Source: an uncultured Thermoplasmatales archaeon (GTDB lineage: Archaea > Thermoplasmatota > E2 > DHVEG-1). Taken from it: a stretch of 64,000 nucleotides of DNA. The stretch lies in assembly GCA_964467345.1 (NCBI GenBank), contig CAYXPY010000007.1:11868-75867 (forward strand), read 5' to 3'. The position numbers were made by a program, and so were the translations under genes. Of the stretch, positions 44,553 to 54,784 are shown one piece after another; the first letter of the stretch is position 1, and every line of letters starts with the position of its first letter. The notes below the pieces were generated by a model, which did not search any database, was not told where the DNA came from, and saw nothing but the letters and a program-made list of their open reading frames with translations.

Positions 44553-46742
44553 TTACTTACCATTTTCCAAATTAGTTAAATACGTTTGACCATAACAGAT
44601 ACAACCGTCACCAGCAGGGAGTTCTTTATTGACAAGGACACCATTCTTTAGCATAAATTCTGAAATCATTTTATTATATGCTACTCCTCCTGAGAAAACG
44701 ATAGGCGTTTCATTGTTTTTTAATGATTTTTTCGCGATCATAAGTAATCCTTTGGCTAAATACATTTGAGCAGTGGCGGCAAGTTTTCCTTTGTCATGCT
44801 TATTATTTAGAAGATATTCGATTAAGGGGGTTGTCAACAATATTGTTTTCCCTCTTTCTTTTGAAAAAATAGGTTCGAATTCCAGAGGGGTTGTTGCCAT
44901 GCTTTCTAAAATCATCGCAGGACGTCCATCATACGTCCTCATATCGCAGAAACCAAGCAATGCAGAAACAGCATCAAGAATCCTCCCTGAACTTGTCGTA
45001 TATTTTAAATGAAAATCATTACGAATAAGTTTGAGATATACTAGGCTTTCTTTTTCACTAAAAAACTTAAATCTTACTAATTCTTTTTCACTTAAAATTT
45101 TGGAAAGAATCCCAAAGAGCATTTTTTTCGGATATATCGCTGCAGAATCTCCACCCAACTGCGGTTGTTCTTCAAGATGTCCTACTCGCTCGAATATGTT
45201 TCCCTTCCTCACACGAAACACTTCTCCGCCCCATAACTCTCCTGCTTCACCATATCCTAAACCATCCATCGCTATTCCTGCATACTCTGTGATATTATGC
45301 TCAGCTGCGACACTTGCCACATGTGCCTTATGATGCTGTATCTGGATAAGATGTGCTTTATACTTTTTAGCTAATTCTTTGGCAAATAGAGAGGAGTTAT
45401 AACCTGGATGAAAATCACAAGCGATAATCTGTGGTTCAAGCCTTGTGAGGTGAATAAACTTCTGAACAGTCTCTTTTAAAAACTGATATGTGTCATATTT
45501 CGAGGTATCGCCGATAAACTGGGAAAGATAGCATTTATTGCCCTTTGTCGCACAAATAATGTTATTCATCTCAGCACCGACTGCTACAGTATCTTTGCAT
45601 TGTATTGGTAAAATCAATGGGATTGGCGTGTAGCCTCGTGAACGTCTGAGAAAGAACGTTGTATCGTGAATAACTTTTACCACTGAGTCATCACATCTGT
45701 TGACAATCCTGCGTTCGTGAGTCAAGAAGTAGGTACCAATTCTTTCTGTCGTTGTTATCGGGTCCCCAGGAATGTTACTTGATGTCATGACCAGTGGTTT
45801 GTCGATATAATCAAACATAAGATGATGTAAGGCAGTATACGGCAGCATAACACCAATAGTATCTAACTCAGAGATGGATGCCAAGACTTTCTTATCTTTC
45901 TTTTTTAGAACCACAATAGGCCGCTGAGGACTTTCCAATATTTCTTTTTCTTTTTTAGATAGATGCGCTATTCTTTTAGCCATTTGTATATCTTTGACCA
46001 TTATAGCATATGGTTTATGCGGACGACAAAATAGTTTTCTTACCTTAACGACGCTGTCATCGTTACAAAGAGAAGAAGTATGGAACCCACCTACTCCTTT
46101 TATTGATACAATTTCCCCCGATTTGATAAGAGTGACTGCATTTTCTATTGTTTCGAGATCGGATTTTCCGCTGATATCTTTTGTATCACGGAGGAGACGT
46201 AATTTAGGACCGCAGTTTTTACATGCGATTGTTTGGGCATGATATCTCCGGTCCAATGGATCAGTATACTCTTTTGCACATTCAGGGCACATCTGGAATT
46301 GATGCATTGATGTAAACGGGCGATCGTACGGATAGTCCTCTATCATCGTAAATCGAGGACCACAATTTGTACAAGTGATGAAATAATAACCACATCGTCT
46401 GTTTGTTCTATCTCTTAGTTCCCTGATGCAATCAGAACATAAGAAAATATCAGCAGGAAGCGTAGTTTCCCCACTCGACACTGAACTTTTAAGAATAAAA
46501 AAATCAGAAAATGTTTTCCGTGATACGATTTGCTTAATTGTATAGTTTGATATTTTCGCTAGGGGCGGAAGATCAGTTAATTTTTCAATAAAATACTGGT
46601 CATTAACGATAATTTCAACGCCATTTCCTGTGTTTCGAACTGAACCAACAAGGTTGAGTGTTTTTGCCTTCCGATAGATGTAAGGCCGAAAACCAACACC
46701 CTGAACAATACCCTGGACGAATATCTTGTACATCTTCTGCAT
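44553..46742 (-). CDS. hypF: [NiFe]-hydrogenase maturation carbamoyltransferase HypF
   Basis: Acylphosphatase domain VQGVGFRPYIYRKA. Paired zinc fingers CSDCIREL...CTNCGPRFT and CPECAKEY...CKNCGPK. YrdC-like and Kae1-like C-terminal domains. Confidence 0.85.
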   Translation of the reverse strand: MQKMYKIFVQGIVQGVGFRPYIYRKAKTLNLVGSVRNTGNGVEIIVNDQYFIEKLTDLPPLAKISNYTIKQIVSRKTFSDFFILKSSVSSGETTLPADIFLCSDCIRELRDRTNRRCGYYFITCTNCGPRFTMIEDYPYDRPFTSMHQFQMCPECAKEYTDPLDRRYHAQTIACKNCGPKLRLLRDTKDISGKSDLETIENAVTLIKSGEIVSIKGVGGFHTSSLCNDDSVVKVRKLFCRPHKPYAIMVKDIQMAKRIAHLSKKEKEILESPQRPIVVLKKKDKKVLASISELDTIGVMLPYTALHHLMFDYIDKPLVMTSSNIPGDPITTTERIGTYFLTHERRIVNRCDDSVVKVIHDTTFFLRRSRGYTPIPLILPIQCKDTVAVGAEMNNIICATKGNKCYLSQFIGDTSKYDTYQFLKETVQKFIHLTRLEPQIIACDFHPGYNSSLFAKELAKKYKAHLIQIQHHKAHVASVAAEHNITEYAGIAMDGLGYGEAGELWGGEVFRVRKGNIFERVGHLEEQPQLGGDSAAIYPKKMLFGILSKILSEKELVRFKFFSEKESLVYLKLIRNDFHLKYTTSSGRILDAVSALLGFCDMRTYDGRPAMILESMATTPLEFEPIFSKERGKTILLTTPLIEYLLNNKHDKGKLAATAQMYLAKGLLMIAKKSLKNNETPIVFSGGVAYNKMISEFMLKNGVLVNKELPAGDGCICYGQTYLTNLENGK

Positions 46743-46887
46743 ACTTCATTATCTTATAACTGATAAATAGATATGTAGCAAGAGAGCGGCTTATATGAAT
46801 TTTATGGTCATCAAAAAATTATTTTCTCAAACGATTTTAAGTAACCTCGTCTCTCTCCCAATATAGAAAAACCTTCATAATATTGTA

Positions 46888-47289
46888 TTATTTTTTACTA
46901 ACAATCTGATTTGAATTTTTTCTTTTGAAAATAATTTCAATTCTTCTTTTGAGATCATCGATTTCAAATGGTTTTTCGATATAATCATCACCCAGGAAAC
47001 TCCCTGCGTTCTTTGCCATTCTATCTGTTCTTGCTGTGAGAAATATAACTGGAATTGAATTTAATGAAGGGTCTTTTTTTATACGGTCAAATACCTCCCA
47101 TCCACTCATATCAGGCATCATAATGTCCAAAAGGATAATATCTGGTTTATTGGTTTCCTTCAACAGTTCTAAACATTTTTGACCATTTTCAGCACCAAGA
47201 ACACGATATTCATCTATTGAAATTTCTAAACCAATTTTTAAAGAGTTAATAACATCTGGGTTATCATCAACGACCAATATCGTTTTCAT
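46888..47289 (-). CDS. Single-domain response regulator (CheY-like receiver), paralog of 12627..13019
   Basis: KTILVVDDNPDVIN...DIILLDIMMPDMSGWEV...IPVIFLTARTD...YIEKPF. Confidence 0.85.
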   Translation of the reverse strand: MKTILVVDDNPDVINSLKIGLEISIDEYRVLGAENGQKCLELLKETNKPDIILLDIMMPDMSGWEVFDRIKKDPSLNSIPVIFLTARTDRMAKNAGSFLGDDYIEKPFEIDDLKRRIEIIFKRKNSNQIVSKK

Positions 47290-47348
47290 AGCATCTATCC
47301 CTCAAGATATGTATTCATCGTTCCTTCTTTAGTTTTTTCATACGGCCC

Positions 47349-48713
47349 CTAAAGGTGTAAGGTACCCCCAGGAGATTTTAAAGTGAAAAAAAATGTTGAG
47401 CCTTGTCCTTTTCCAGGGCTTTCTACCCAGATCCGCCCACCATGTTTTTCAATAATTCTCTTACAAATCGATAAACCAAGTCCAGTTGATTGGAGATCAT
47501 GCCGAGAGTAATCAACCTTGTAGAATTCATCAAAGATATGTGGAATTTGATGGGACTCCAACCCGATCCCTGTGTCTTTAACCGATACAACAATAGAATC
47601 GTCTTTTTGCGTAGCATCAAAGGTAATTTTCACAGTATCTTCTTGTGAGTATTTCATAGCATTTGAGATAAGATTATTAAATAATTCTTTAATCTGGATA
47701 GAATCAGCTTTCACAACAATATTTTTCGGAATGTTGTTTTCAAAGACCACGTTTTTTCCGTGATTGAGTATTTTTTCCATGTCAAGGATATTAGCGACTT
47801 GCTCTGATAGAGAGACGTCTTCAAATTCGAAATTCGTGTTAGGTGAGTTAAGTTGCGCTAGCTCTAATGTTTTTATAACCAGGTTTTTCATATATTGAAC
47901 GTTGTTGAAAATCACAGTAAGAAGCTCTTTTAACTTTGGATCTTGTTCTTTTTCTTTAACAACAGGAATGAGAATATTAAGCGGAGTCAGCGGTGTTTTG
48001 AGATCATGACCAAGTTGACTGACAAATTCATCTTTCTGTTTTAACAGTTTTTCAACATCTGTAGTTCGTTCTTTAACCTTTTTTTCAAGGTCTCTATTAA
48101 GTATTGTTAATTCTTCTCGGGCAGAAGCCAATTCAATGTTTATTTTTTGAAGTTCATTATTTTTTTCATTAATATCAGCTTGTGCTTTTGTCAACGCCTG
48201 TATTGTCTTTTGCAAATCTTCCATGATGTTAAGCGTTGCAAGTTCGTTTTTCTGTAACCTATCTACTTTTTCATGGAGAGATTTTTCTATTTTTTTCAAT
48301 TCAGAAATATCAATAAAAGCGATAAAATATCCACTAGCAAGCCCATCTTCGTCTGTTCTTAAGACACTTGATACCGAAACTGAAATTTCTTTTTTCTCTT
48401 TTGTAAAAATGATCGTTTCATAGTTTGTAATAATACCAGAATCCTGGGTTTTTCGTATAATATTGTCAATATCCTGCTTGTTTTTAAACAATAAATCGAT
48501 GGATCCACTTAATATTTCATATTGCGCATAACCTGTTGCTGAGAGAAACGAATTATTAATATCAATAATTTTTAGCGCAGGGTTAAGAGTAATAAGAGGT
48601 AGTGGAATAAAGCTGGTCAAATCTTCTACATAACTCTCTAAATCATTTAAATCAGCAGAGATATCCTCAATAGTGATAGATTGTTCAGGTCCTTCTTTTT
48701 CAATCATTTCCAT
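47349..48713 (-). CDS. Cytoplasmic sensor histidine kinase (PAS, long coiled-coil, HisKA, HATPase_c)
   Basis: H-box LGHDLKTPLTPL. G-boxes VKDTGIGL...STGLGLSICKRIIEKHGGRIWVES. No TM segments. Confidence 0.85.
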   Translation of the reverse strand: MEMIEKEGPEQSITIEDISADLNDLESYVEDLTSFIPLPLITLNPALKIIDINNSFLSATGYAQYEILSGSIDLLFKNKQDIDNIIRKTQDSGIITNYETIIFTKEKKEISVSVSSVLRTDEDGLASGYFIAFIDISELKKIEKSLHEKVDRLQKNELATLNIMEDLQKTIQALTKAQADINEKNNELQKINIELASAREELTILNRDLEKKVKERTTDVEKLLKQKDEFVSQLGHDLKTPLTPLNILIPVVKEKEQDPKLKELLTVIFNNVQYMKNLVIKTLELAQLNSPNTNFEFEDVSLSEQVANILDMEKILNHGKNVVFENNIPKNIVVKADSIQIKELFNNLISNAMKYSQEDTVKITFDATQKDDSIVVSVKDTGIGLESHQIPHIFDEFYKVDYSRHDLQSTGLGLSICKRIIEKHGGRIWVESPGKGQGSTFFFTLKSPGGTLHL

Positions 48714-48731
48714 TCAAATTCCTATACTTTA

Positions 48732-49370
48732 TTATTCCCACGATATTCTGAATTCATGATACTCGTCACCGTTATATTGACATTTTGTTTCTTTTATAGT
48801 AAGATTTGGAAAAGTTCCTATCAATTCGACAACACCAATGATATATCCTGAAAGATATGTACAGTAAAGTGGATGAGTTATGAAATTTCTCAGTCGAACA
48901 ATAAAAAAATGTTCATCTTCATGAAGTTCGCCAGGATCCATACTTCCAACGGTATAATGCCTTTGCCAATGACGTGGTATCTCTCTTGCCATCTTTTTCA
49001 GACTGACTAAATACCGCAACGTCAACTTGGTGAAGAACGAACTTTTCGTCGCTAAACGTCCTATCTCTTTAATTTGATAATCATCTAAATGGAATACCTT
49101 TTTTATCGATAGAAGAGATGCGATACGTAACGATAAAGGGATAAGGTCCGTAGGAGATAAAGGGGAACTAAACCGGAAAGAAAAACCCATTTTTTCCATT
49201 TCTTTTTCTACAAGAGATACACCGTTTTCACTATCTTGAATTTCAATATAGATTTTATCAGTTTGGAGGGTAACTGCTTTAGCAAATCCTTTAATTTGGC
49301 TTATGTCCTGAACAGTATCATTTATCAACATTTCTTCCTCACTTCCAACCGTTTTTTTTATTTTCTTCAA
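48732..49370 (-). CDS. V4R-domain-like protein (putative small-molecule-binding regulator)
   Basis: C-terminal YCTYLSGYIIGVVELIGTF resembles the V4R C..aGy..G signature. Overlaps next gene by 32 nt. Confidence 0.4.
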   Translation of the reverse strand: MKKIKKTVGSEEEMLINDTVQDISQIKGFAKAVTLQTDKIYIEIQDSENGVSLVEKEMEKMGFSFRFSSPLSPTDLIPLSLRIASLLSIKKVFHLDDYQIKEIGRLATKSSFFTKLTLRYLVSLKKMAREIPRHWQRHYTVGSMDPGELHEDEHFFIVRLRNFITHPLYCTYLSGYIIGVVELIGTFPNLTIKETKCQYNGDEYHEFRISWE

Positions 49371-51624
49371 GTTCCATTAGTCTTTCTTTTAGCATTTGAT
49401 TTTCCTTTTTTAATTGTATCATTTTCATTTCCCGATTCACAGTAATGTTTTTATATCGCTCTAATTCTTCAATTTTGATTTTCAAATCCTGTTCAATAAC
49501 TTTTGTATCAGTGATGTTACGAACGACGCTGACAATATATTTTAATTTTTTATCTTGATCTGAAACTGGAGCCCACGAATGAGAGACCCATCGTACCGAA
49601 CCATTCTTCGTAAGAACTCGGTATTCAAAATTTGCGCCCGGTACGCCTTCCAAAGCTTTTGCGAGTGCAGAATGAACTTTTTCAACGTCATCATGATGAA
49701 AAATCTCTGGAATTTTTCCAACTACATCATGGGGAGGAGTCCCTAAGACATCCAAACAAGCAGGACTGATATAATCAACTCGACCCATAGGATTTGTTAG
49801 CATTATGACATCCCGGGTGTTTTCGACGATACTTCTATATTTTTCTTCACTTTCCCTCAATAATTCATTTGACTTCTTATAATCTGTAATATCAATACAC
49901 ACCGACAGGATAGCTTGTTCATCACCAAAGTTTATGACCTCAGCAGAATAACGTGTGACAATGATACTACCATTTTTTGCTCTGAAACGAAATTCATGAT
50001 CAAATACTGAACCAACCCGCTTTAATTCATCAAAAATAAATTTTCGATCATTACTATCTACCCAGATATTTAATCCAACAGTTGTCCCGGATAGTAGCTC
50101 GTCACGAGTATAACCAATGAGTTTTTCAACTGATTTGTTTACCTCAAGGAATCGACCATCACTCATACGGGTTAAAGCGATAGCAACAGGACTTGATTTA
50201 AACGCCTTCATAAATTTTTCTTCCGATTTTTTTAACGCTTGATCCATTCGTATACGATTCGTGATATCTTCAAGTTCAGCGATGAAAATAGAAGGAACAC
50301 CTTGCTGATCTCGTATGGTACTTACAATTACTTTTCCAAAAATCTCACTTTTATCCTTCTTTATATATCGCTTCTCTAAAGAAAAGTAAGAAATCTTTCC
50401 ATCATAAAGGTCCTTTATTGACTGATTACTTTCTTTTAAATCATCTACATGTGTAATATCTTCAAAAGTCATTTTCTGAAGTTCACTTTCAGTATACCCA
50501 AGTATCTTACAGAACGCGTCATTTGCATTGATAAAATATTTATTAGTACCACAGGTAGCGATTCCTATTGGAGCATTCATGACAATTGCTTTGATTTGTT
50601 CTTGATTCTTCTTTTGTTCAAAATCCATTTTTTTACGGATGCTACTATCTCGGACAAAAGCCCAGAAACCACAAAGCCCGTTCCGATCATCATTAAGCGC
50701 ATAGGTTTGGATCTCTATTGGAAAGATCGTTCCATTTTTATGGATATACTCTTTTTCATACAAATCAGAATAACCACGTATTTTGACCTGTCCATTAAGA
50801 ATTCTACTTTCAAATTCATGCCATTTAACAGGTGTAATGTCGTTATAGGTAAAATTCCGTAGCTCTATCATGGAGTATCCAAGCATATTAGCAAATGCGG
50901 TATTACATTCAGTGATTTTTCCAGTTAAATCAACAGCAGCAAATCCATCTCGTAAATTATCATACAAGTTACGATATTTTTTCTCAGATTCTATAAGTGC
51001 TTCCTGGGATTTCTTATAGTCGGTGATATCCTTTGATACAAACAGTAATTCATTTTTTACAATATCAACTGTACTTCGTAAAACATGCCATTGACCTGAT
51101 TTATCACGAAAACGAAAATCAATGTTTTGGGTAGTGTTCAACGGTTTCGTAGCCGATTCGTTAATCTTTTTCGCATCAATGTACTGAATTAATAATTCTA
51201 ATAATTGCTCTATGTCGTCTTCATGAATAAAATCCAGACCAGATTTTCCTAACATATCTTCTTCAGAATAACCAAGAATCTTTTTATGAGAAGGACTGAC
51301 AAAAGTAAACGTTGGATTCAGATCAAAAGTTGTAAAAGCTATTAAATCACTGGTGTTTAGAGCAATCAATTGATATTTTTCATTTAAATCCGATGAAAAG
51401 TCTGATTTTTGTTCATTATTAATACCTTGAACTGTGCAGCTATCTTTCTTTTTCTGCTCATTTTGGTCAGAATGAACACCGAAAAGCATCTCTGATATTC
51501 GACTCGATGGCTTTTCCATTTGATAGGAACTATGAGACACTGGAGAATCCGCAGTCAGATTTTTTAAATTTAAACAATCAACATTTTCCTCTATTTGTTT
51601 TAATTTTTCAGATTCTTTGTTCAT
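49339..51624 (-). CDS. Multi-PAS/PAC domain protein (4-5 PAS units) with C-terminal coiled coil and no enzymatic output
   Basis: Repeated PAS S-box patterns (e.g. SEEDMLGKSGLDFIHEDD, ELRNFTYNDITPVKWHEFE, ESELQKMTFEDITHVDD). C-terminus ELERYKNITVNREMKMIQLKKENQMLKERLMELEENKK. Confidence 0.7.
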   Translation of the reverse strand: MNKESEKLKQIEENVDCLNLKNLTADSPVSHSSYQMEKPSSRISEMLFGVHSDQNEQKKKDSCTVQGINNEQKSDFSSDLNEKYQLIALNTSDLIAFTTFDLNPTFTFVSPSHKKILGYSEEDMLGKSGLDFIHEDDIEQLLELLIQYIDAKKINESATKPLNTTQNIDFRFRDKSGQWHVLRSTVDIVKNELLFVSKDITDYKKSQEALIESEKKYRNLYDNLRDGFAAVDLTGKITECNTAFANMLGYSMIELRNFTYNDITPVKWHEFESRILNGQVKIRGYSDLYEKEYIHKNGTIFPIEIQTYALNDDRNGLCGFWAFVRDSSIRKKMDFEQKKNQEQIKAIVMNAPIGIATCGTNKYFINANDAFCKILGYTESELQKMTFEDITHVDDLKESNQSIKDLYDGKISYFSLEKRYIKKDKSEIFGKVIVSTIRDQQGVPSIFIAELEDITNRIRMDQALKKSEEKFMKAFKSSPVAIALTRMSDGRFLEVNKSVEKLIGYTRDELLSGTTVGLNIWVDSNDRKFIFDELKRVGSVFDHEFRFRAKNGSIIVTRYSAEVINFGDEQAILSVCIDITDYKKSNELLRESEEKYRSIVENTRDVIMLTNPMGRVDYISPACLDVLGTPPHDVVGKIPEIFHHDDVEKVHSALAKALEGVPGANFEYRVLTKNGSVRWVSHSWAPVSDQDKKLKYIVSVVRNITDTKVIEQDLKIKIEELERYKNITVNREMKMIQLKKENQMLKERLMELEENKKNGWK

Positions 51625-51810
51625 AAGAAATCACAACCAAAGAGGATCTACTACCTACTCGAGATCACATTACTTAAATATTCACACAGCACCCATCCTA
51701 TCTACTATGAATAATTCACTACATACGTCTTGGAATCTGACAATATGTTAAACAAATTAGTGCTATAAAATAGTAATGGAACACCATTAGAAGCTTTTAT
51801 AATGAGATCA

Positions 51811-53112
51811 TTACGGAGTGAGTCTTGTTCTATCTCGTGGGAATAAAATACATTCCCGTATATTGCTCAGTTCCAACAATTCCATAAGGAACCGCTCAAT
51901 CCCGAACCCAAACCCACCATGTGGAGGCATGCCAAATCTAAAGGCTTTGAGATACGCGTCGAAATCCTTCGGATTCAGACCACACGCTTTCAATCGTTCA
52001 ATTAACAATGAAACATCATGTATTCGTTGACTTCCAGAGGAAATTTCAACTCCTTTGCATTCCAAATCAAAACCTCGAGAGTATTTTTCTTTATCAGGCA
52101 TTGTATAAAATGGTTTTGACTCCAAAGGATACTTAGTGATAAAATAGAAATCAACGCCCTGCTCCCTCATGATGTCTCCTAGCAGACGTTCATCTTCAGT
52201 ACTCAGATCCATACCCCACTGAGTCGGTGAGTTCCTTCCTTGAATTTTACTGATAACATCATCATAGCGTAAGCGGGTAAATGGTAATTTCGGGATTGTG
52301 ACAGTTTTTTTAAGAACCCCAAGTTCCTCGTTACATTCAGAAGCACATTTCCACATCGCATGAACAAGATGTTCAAGGATTCCCATGACCTCTTCTTCAT
52401 CTTTAATGAATGCCATTTCCACGTCAACTGCTGTGGATTCATTCAAATGTCTACGGGTATTGTGTTCCTCAGCACGGAAATACCAGGCGATTTCGTAGAC
52501 CCGATCAAGACCGGTTGCCATCAGACTCTGCTTGTAGAGCTGAGGGGATTGTGCAAGAAACGCTTCTTTCTCAAAATAACGAAGTTTGAATACATCAGTA
52601 CCACCTTCCGAGGAGCTCGCGATTATCTTTGGAGTATGAACCTCAAGGAACGATTGAGACCGTAGATACTCGTGTGCAGCGGCAAGAACTGCGTTGCGTA
52701 TCTTAAATATTGCTTGTGTTTCAGGTTTCCGCAGATCAATAACTCTATTATCCAGACGGGTGTCAAAATCAGCCTCTACCTTGTCGACGACACCTAATGG
52801 TAACGGGGTTTCAGCGACTGAAAGAACATCGAAAGATTCAGGTAATATCTCGTATCCATTCCTCACTTTTTCATTTTCCTTACAGAGACCCTTCACGGAG
52901 ATAACAGATTCTCGGGGTAATGAAATCATCTTTTCAAAGAGCTCAGGAGTCTTCTTTTTAAGGATTGTTAACTGCAGTGTTCCCTTACGGTCTCGTAAAA
53001 TAAGAAATGCTATTGAACCAAGGTTTCTGATATCCTCAACCCAGCCTGCAACAGTAACTGTAGAATTGTTTTGATTCTTTGAGAGTTCCTTTGAGTAATG
53101 GCTTCGATACAT
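51811..53112 (-). CDS. aspS: Aspartyl-tRNA synthetase, archaeal/eukaryal type (class IIb)
   Basis: Anticodon-binding OB fold N-terminus VAGWVEDIRNLGSIAFLILRDRKG. Class II motifs FRAEEHNTRRHLNE and GGFGFGIERFLM. Confidence 0.85.
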   Translation of the reverse strand: MYRSHYSKELSKNQNNSTVTVAGWVEDIRNLGSIAFLILRDRKGTLQLTILKKKTPELFEKMISLPRESVISVKGLCKENEKVRNGYEILPESFDVLSVAETPLPLGVVDKVEADFDTRLDNRVIDLRKPETQAIFKIRNAVLAAAHEYLRSQSFLEVHTPKIIASSSEGGTDVFKLRYFEKEAFLAQSPQLYKQSLMATGLDRVYEIAWYFRAEEHNTRRHLNESTAVDVEMAFIKDEEEVMGILEHLVHAMWKCASECNEELGVLKKTVTIPKLPFTRLRYDDVISKIQGRNSPTQWGMDLSTEDERLLGDIMREQGVDFYFITKYPLESKPFYTMPDKEKYSRGFDLECKGVEISSGSQRIHDVSLLIERLKACGLNPKDFDAYLKAFRFGMPPHGGFGFGIERFLMELLELSNIRECILFPRDRTRLTP

Positions 53113-53125
53113 ATGACACTCCGTA

Positions 53126-53881
53126 TTAAGACAAGGAATTTAGTCTTTTTGACAGAAAATACAGAATTTGAGAGAGATTGTTTGCATTATCCCATTCCCG
53201 GACAAGTCGCTCAAGAGCAGCTAGCTTTTCTTTCTTATTTATTGAAACCCAATACTCTATTCTGGGTATTGCCCTAATCACATTGTCCACTATGGTGATT
53301 GTCGCTGACTGTGCGGTACGTGAGAGCGGATTTAAATCGATAGCGATTATGGTTTTCCCCATTTTTTTCAGCGCTTGACATCGGTCACCATCCTCAAGGG
53401 GAACCAGAACGACATCGGCGGAAAAAATCCCTTCTTTTTCGCAGAGGGCACGATTTGAATCCAAACCAGGTATTCTGGCATCAGGGTTCAACCCATAAAG
53501 AGTTTTTACTCCTTTCTTTCGAAACATCGCAGCTATTTTATTCATACGATCCTGGGACCGATGAAACAGATTAATCTCAAGTTTTGCTGGGATACTATCT
53601 GCAAGCCGGATGCATTCCTCAGCAGCTAAAGCAGCAACATTCCCATTTATCGATATAACAGGGTTTTTTGCTAGTAACAATGCTGCAGCTGCTGTTTTTT
53701 CTGCGGCTTCGGCAGCAGGTATTGTTGTTTCTCCAAGGAGATAATCGAATGCTTCTCCTCGCCCATGTGCTATCAAACCTGTTTCGTGAACCAGCCCTTT
53801 TTTCATCGCCTCTGAAATGGTTTGCCGTGTAATCAAGGATTGATATCGCGGGTGGCTCTTAGGGATGTTCTCCATAGGCAC
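53126..53881 (-). CDS. Archaeal phosphopantothenate synthetase (4-phosphopantoate--beta-alanine ligase, COG1701/DUF137 family)
   Basis: GLIAHGRGEAFDYLLGE...PVISINGNVAALA...ADVVLVPLEDGDR...IDLNPLSRT. Pattern and ~250-aa length match the archaeal PPS family as I recall it. Confidence 0.6.
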   Translation of the reverse strand: MPMENIPKSHPRYQSLITRQTISEAMKKGLVHETGLIAHGRGEAFDYLLGETTIPAAEAAEKTAAAALLLAKNPVISINGNVAALAAEECIRLADSIPAKLEINLFHRSQDRMNKIAAMFRKKGVKTLYGLNPDARIPGLDSNRALCEKEGIFSADVVLVPLEDGDRCQALKKMGKTIIAIDLNPLSRTAQSATITIVDNVIRAIPRIEYWVSINKKEKLAALERLVREWDNANNLSQILYFLSKRLNSLS

Positions 53882-53950
53882 TCCTAACTCAAGAACCCTT
53901 TTTAAAATTTAGGGAGAGAAACGATTAAGAAAAAGAACGGATTTATCTTC

Positions 53951-54751
53951 TTAACCGTACATCTCCGGCTGTGGGATTTGACTTGCTCCTGAGACAATCG
54001 GTTTTGCCTGTTTATGGAATTTTTGGAGTTGCTTTTCAATCCGTTCAGCTTCATCATATAACGGACCGACGTTAATTTCTATACCGATGACAAGGGCGAT
54101 GACGTTAATAGCTGAGGCAGCAGCCCGAGCGTCTGGGTAGTTCGGGTGTGCTTCTGCAAGAATCGAGACAACATCGAATTTCTCATGTTTTCCTTTGTTT
54201 AATAATACCCCTGAAACACCGGCGATGATTCCGTTTTTAAACTGGGGGATATTTTTCGCAGTCAGTGTCGCACGAGCATTTTCTGTTGAACCAATCGCAT
54301 AGGCATCAACAATCATTTCTTCTTCTGATGATTTCCCTTCAACAACCATTCCCTCTGGAGAAATCATAAGTTTGCAACCTTTTTTCTTTGACCAGGCCAT
54401 AATTGCACTTGAGAGAGAGTTAATTAAATTAGGTTTTGGTTTAAATTCGGAGACGAAAACCGCAAGTTTTTGACCATTGGCCAAGGTGCCACCATAAATT
54501 CGTACTGGCGAGAGAGGTTCACCAGTGTGAACAACAGAAAGAGTAGGAAAATGCGGTGATTCCATTGCACCAATTTGTTTTAAGCCTAATGCATCGATCA
54601 TATAATTCGCTACAATAGTACTAACTAGACCGATTGATGGAAACCCAGCGATTACGGCTCCATTTGTGAGATTCATCTCTTCAAAATCTACGATTTCTAT
54701 GTCTTCCAACTGCATCACCACGTCCAATGCACCGTAATAAATCCAAAGCAT
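53951..54751 (-). CDS. PAC2-family proteasome assembly chaperone
   Basis: NGAVIAGFPSIGLVSTIVANYMIDALGL N-terminal pattern typical of archaeal PAC2/PbaA. True start probably the internal MQLEDIEIV. Confidence 0.55.
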   Translation of the reverse strand: MLWIYYGALDVVMQLEDIEIVDFEEMNLTNGAVIAGFPSIGLVSTIVANYMIDALGLKQIGAMESPHFPTLSVVHTGEPLSPVRIYGGTLANGQKLAVFVSEFKPKPNLINSLSSAIMAWSKKKGCKLMISPEGMVVEGKSSEEEMIVDAYAIGSTENARATLTAKNIPQFKNGIIAGVSGVLLNKGKHEKFDVVSILAEAHPNYPDARAAASAINVIALVIGIEINVGPLYDEAERIEKQLQKFHKQAKPIVSGASQIPQPEMYG

Positions 54752-54784
54752 TTAAAACTAATTGGTAGAAAATGTCCAAAGCGG

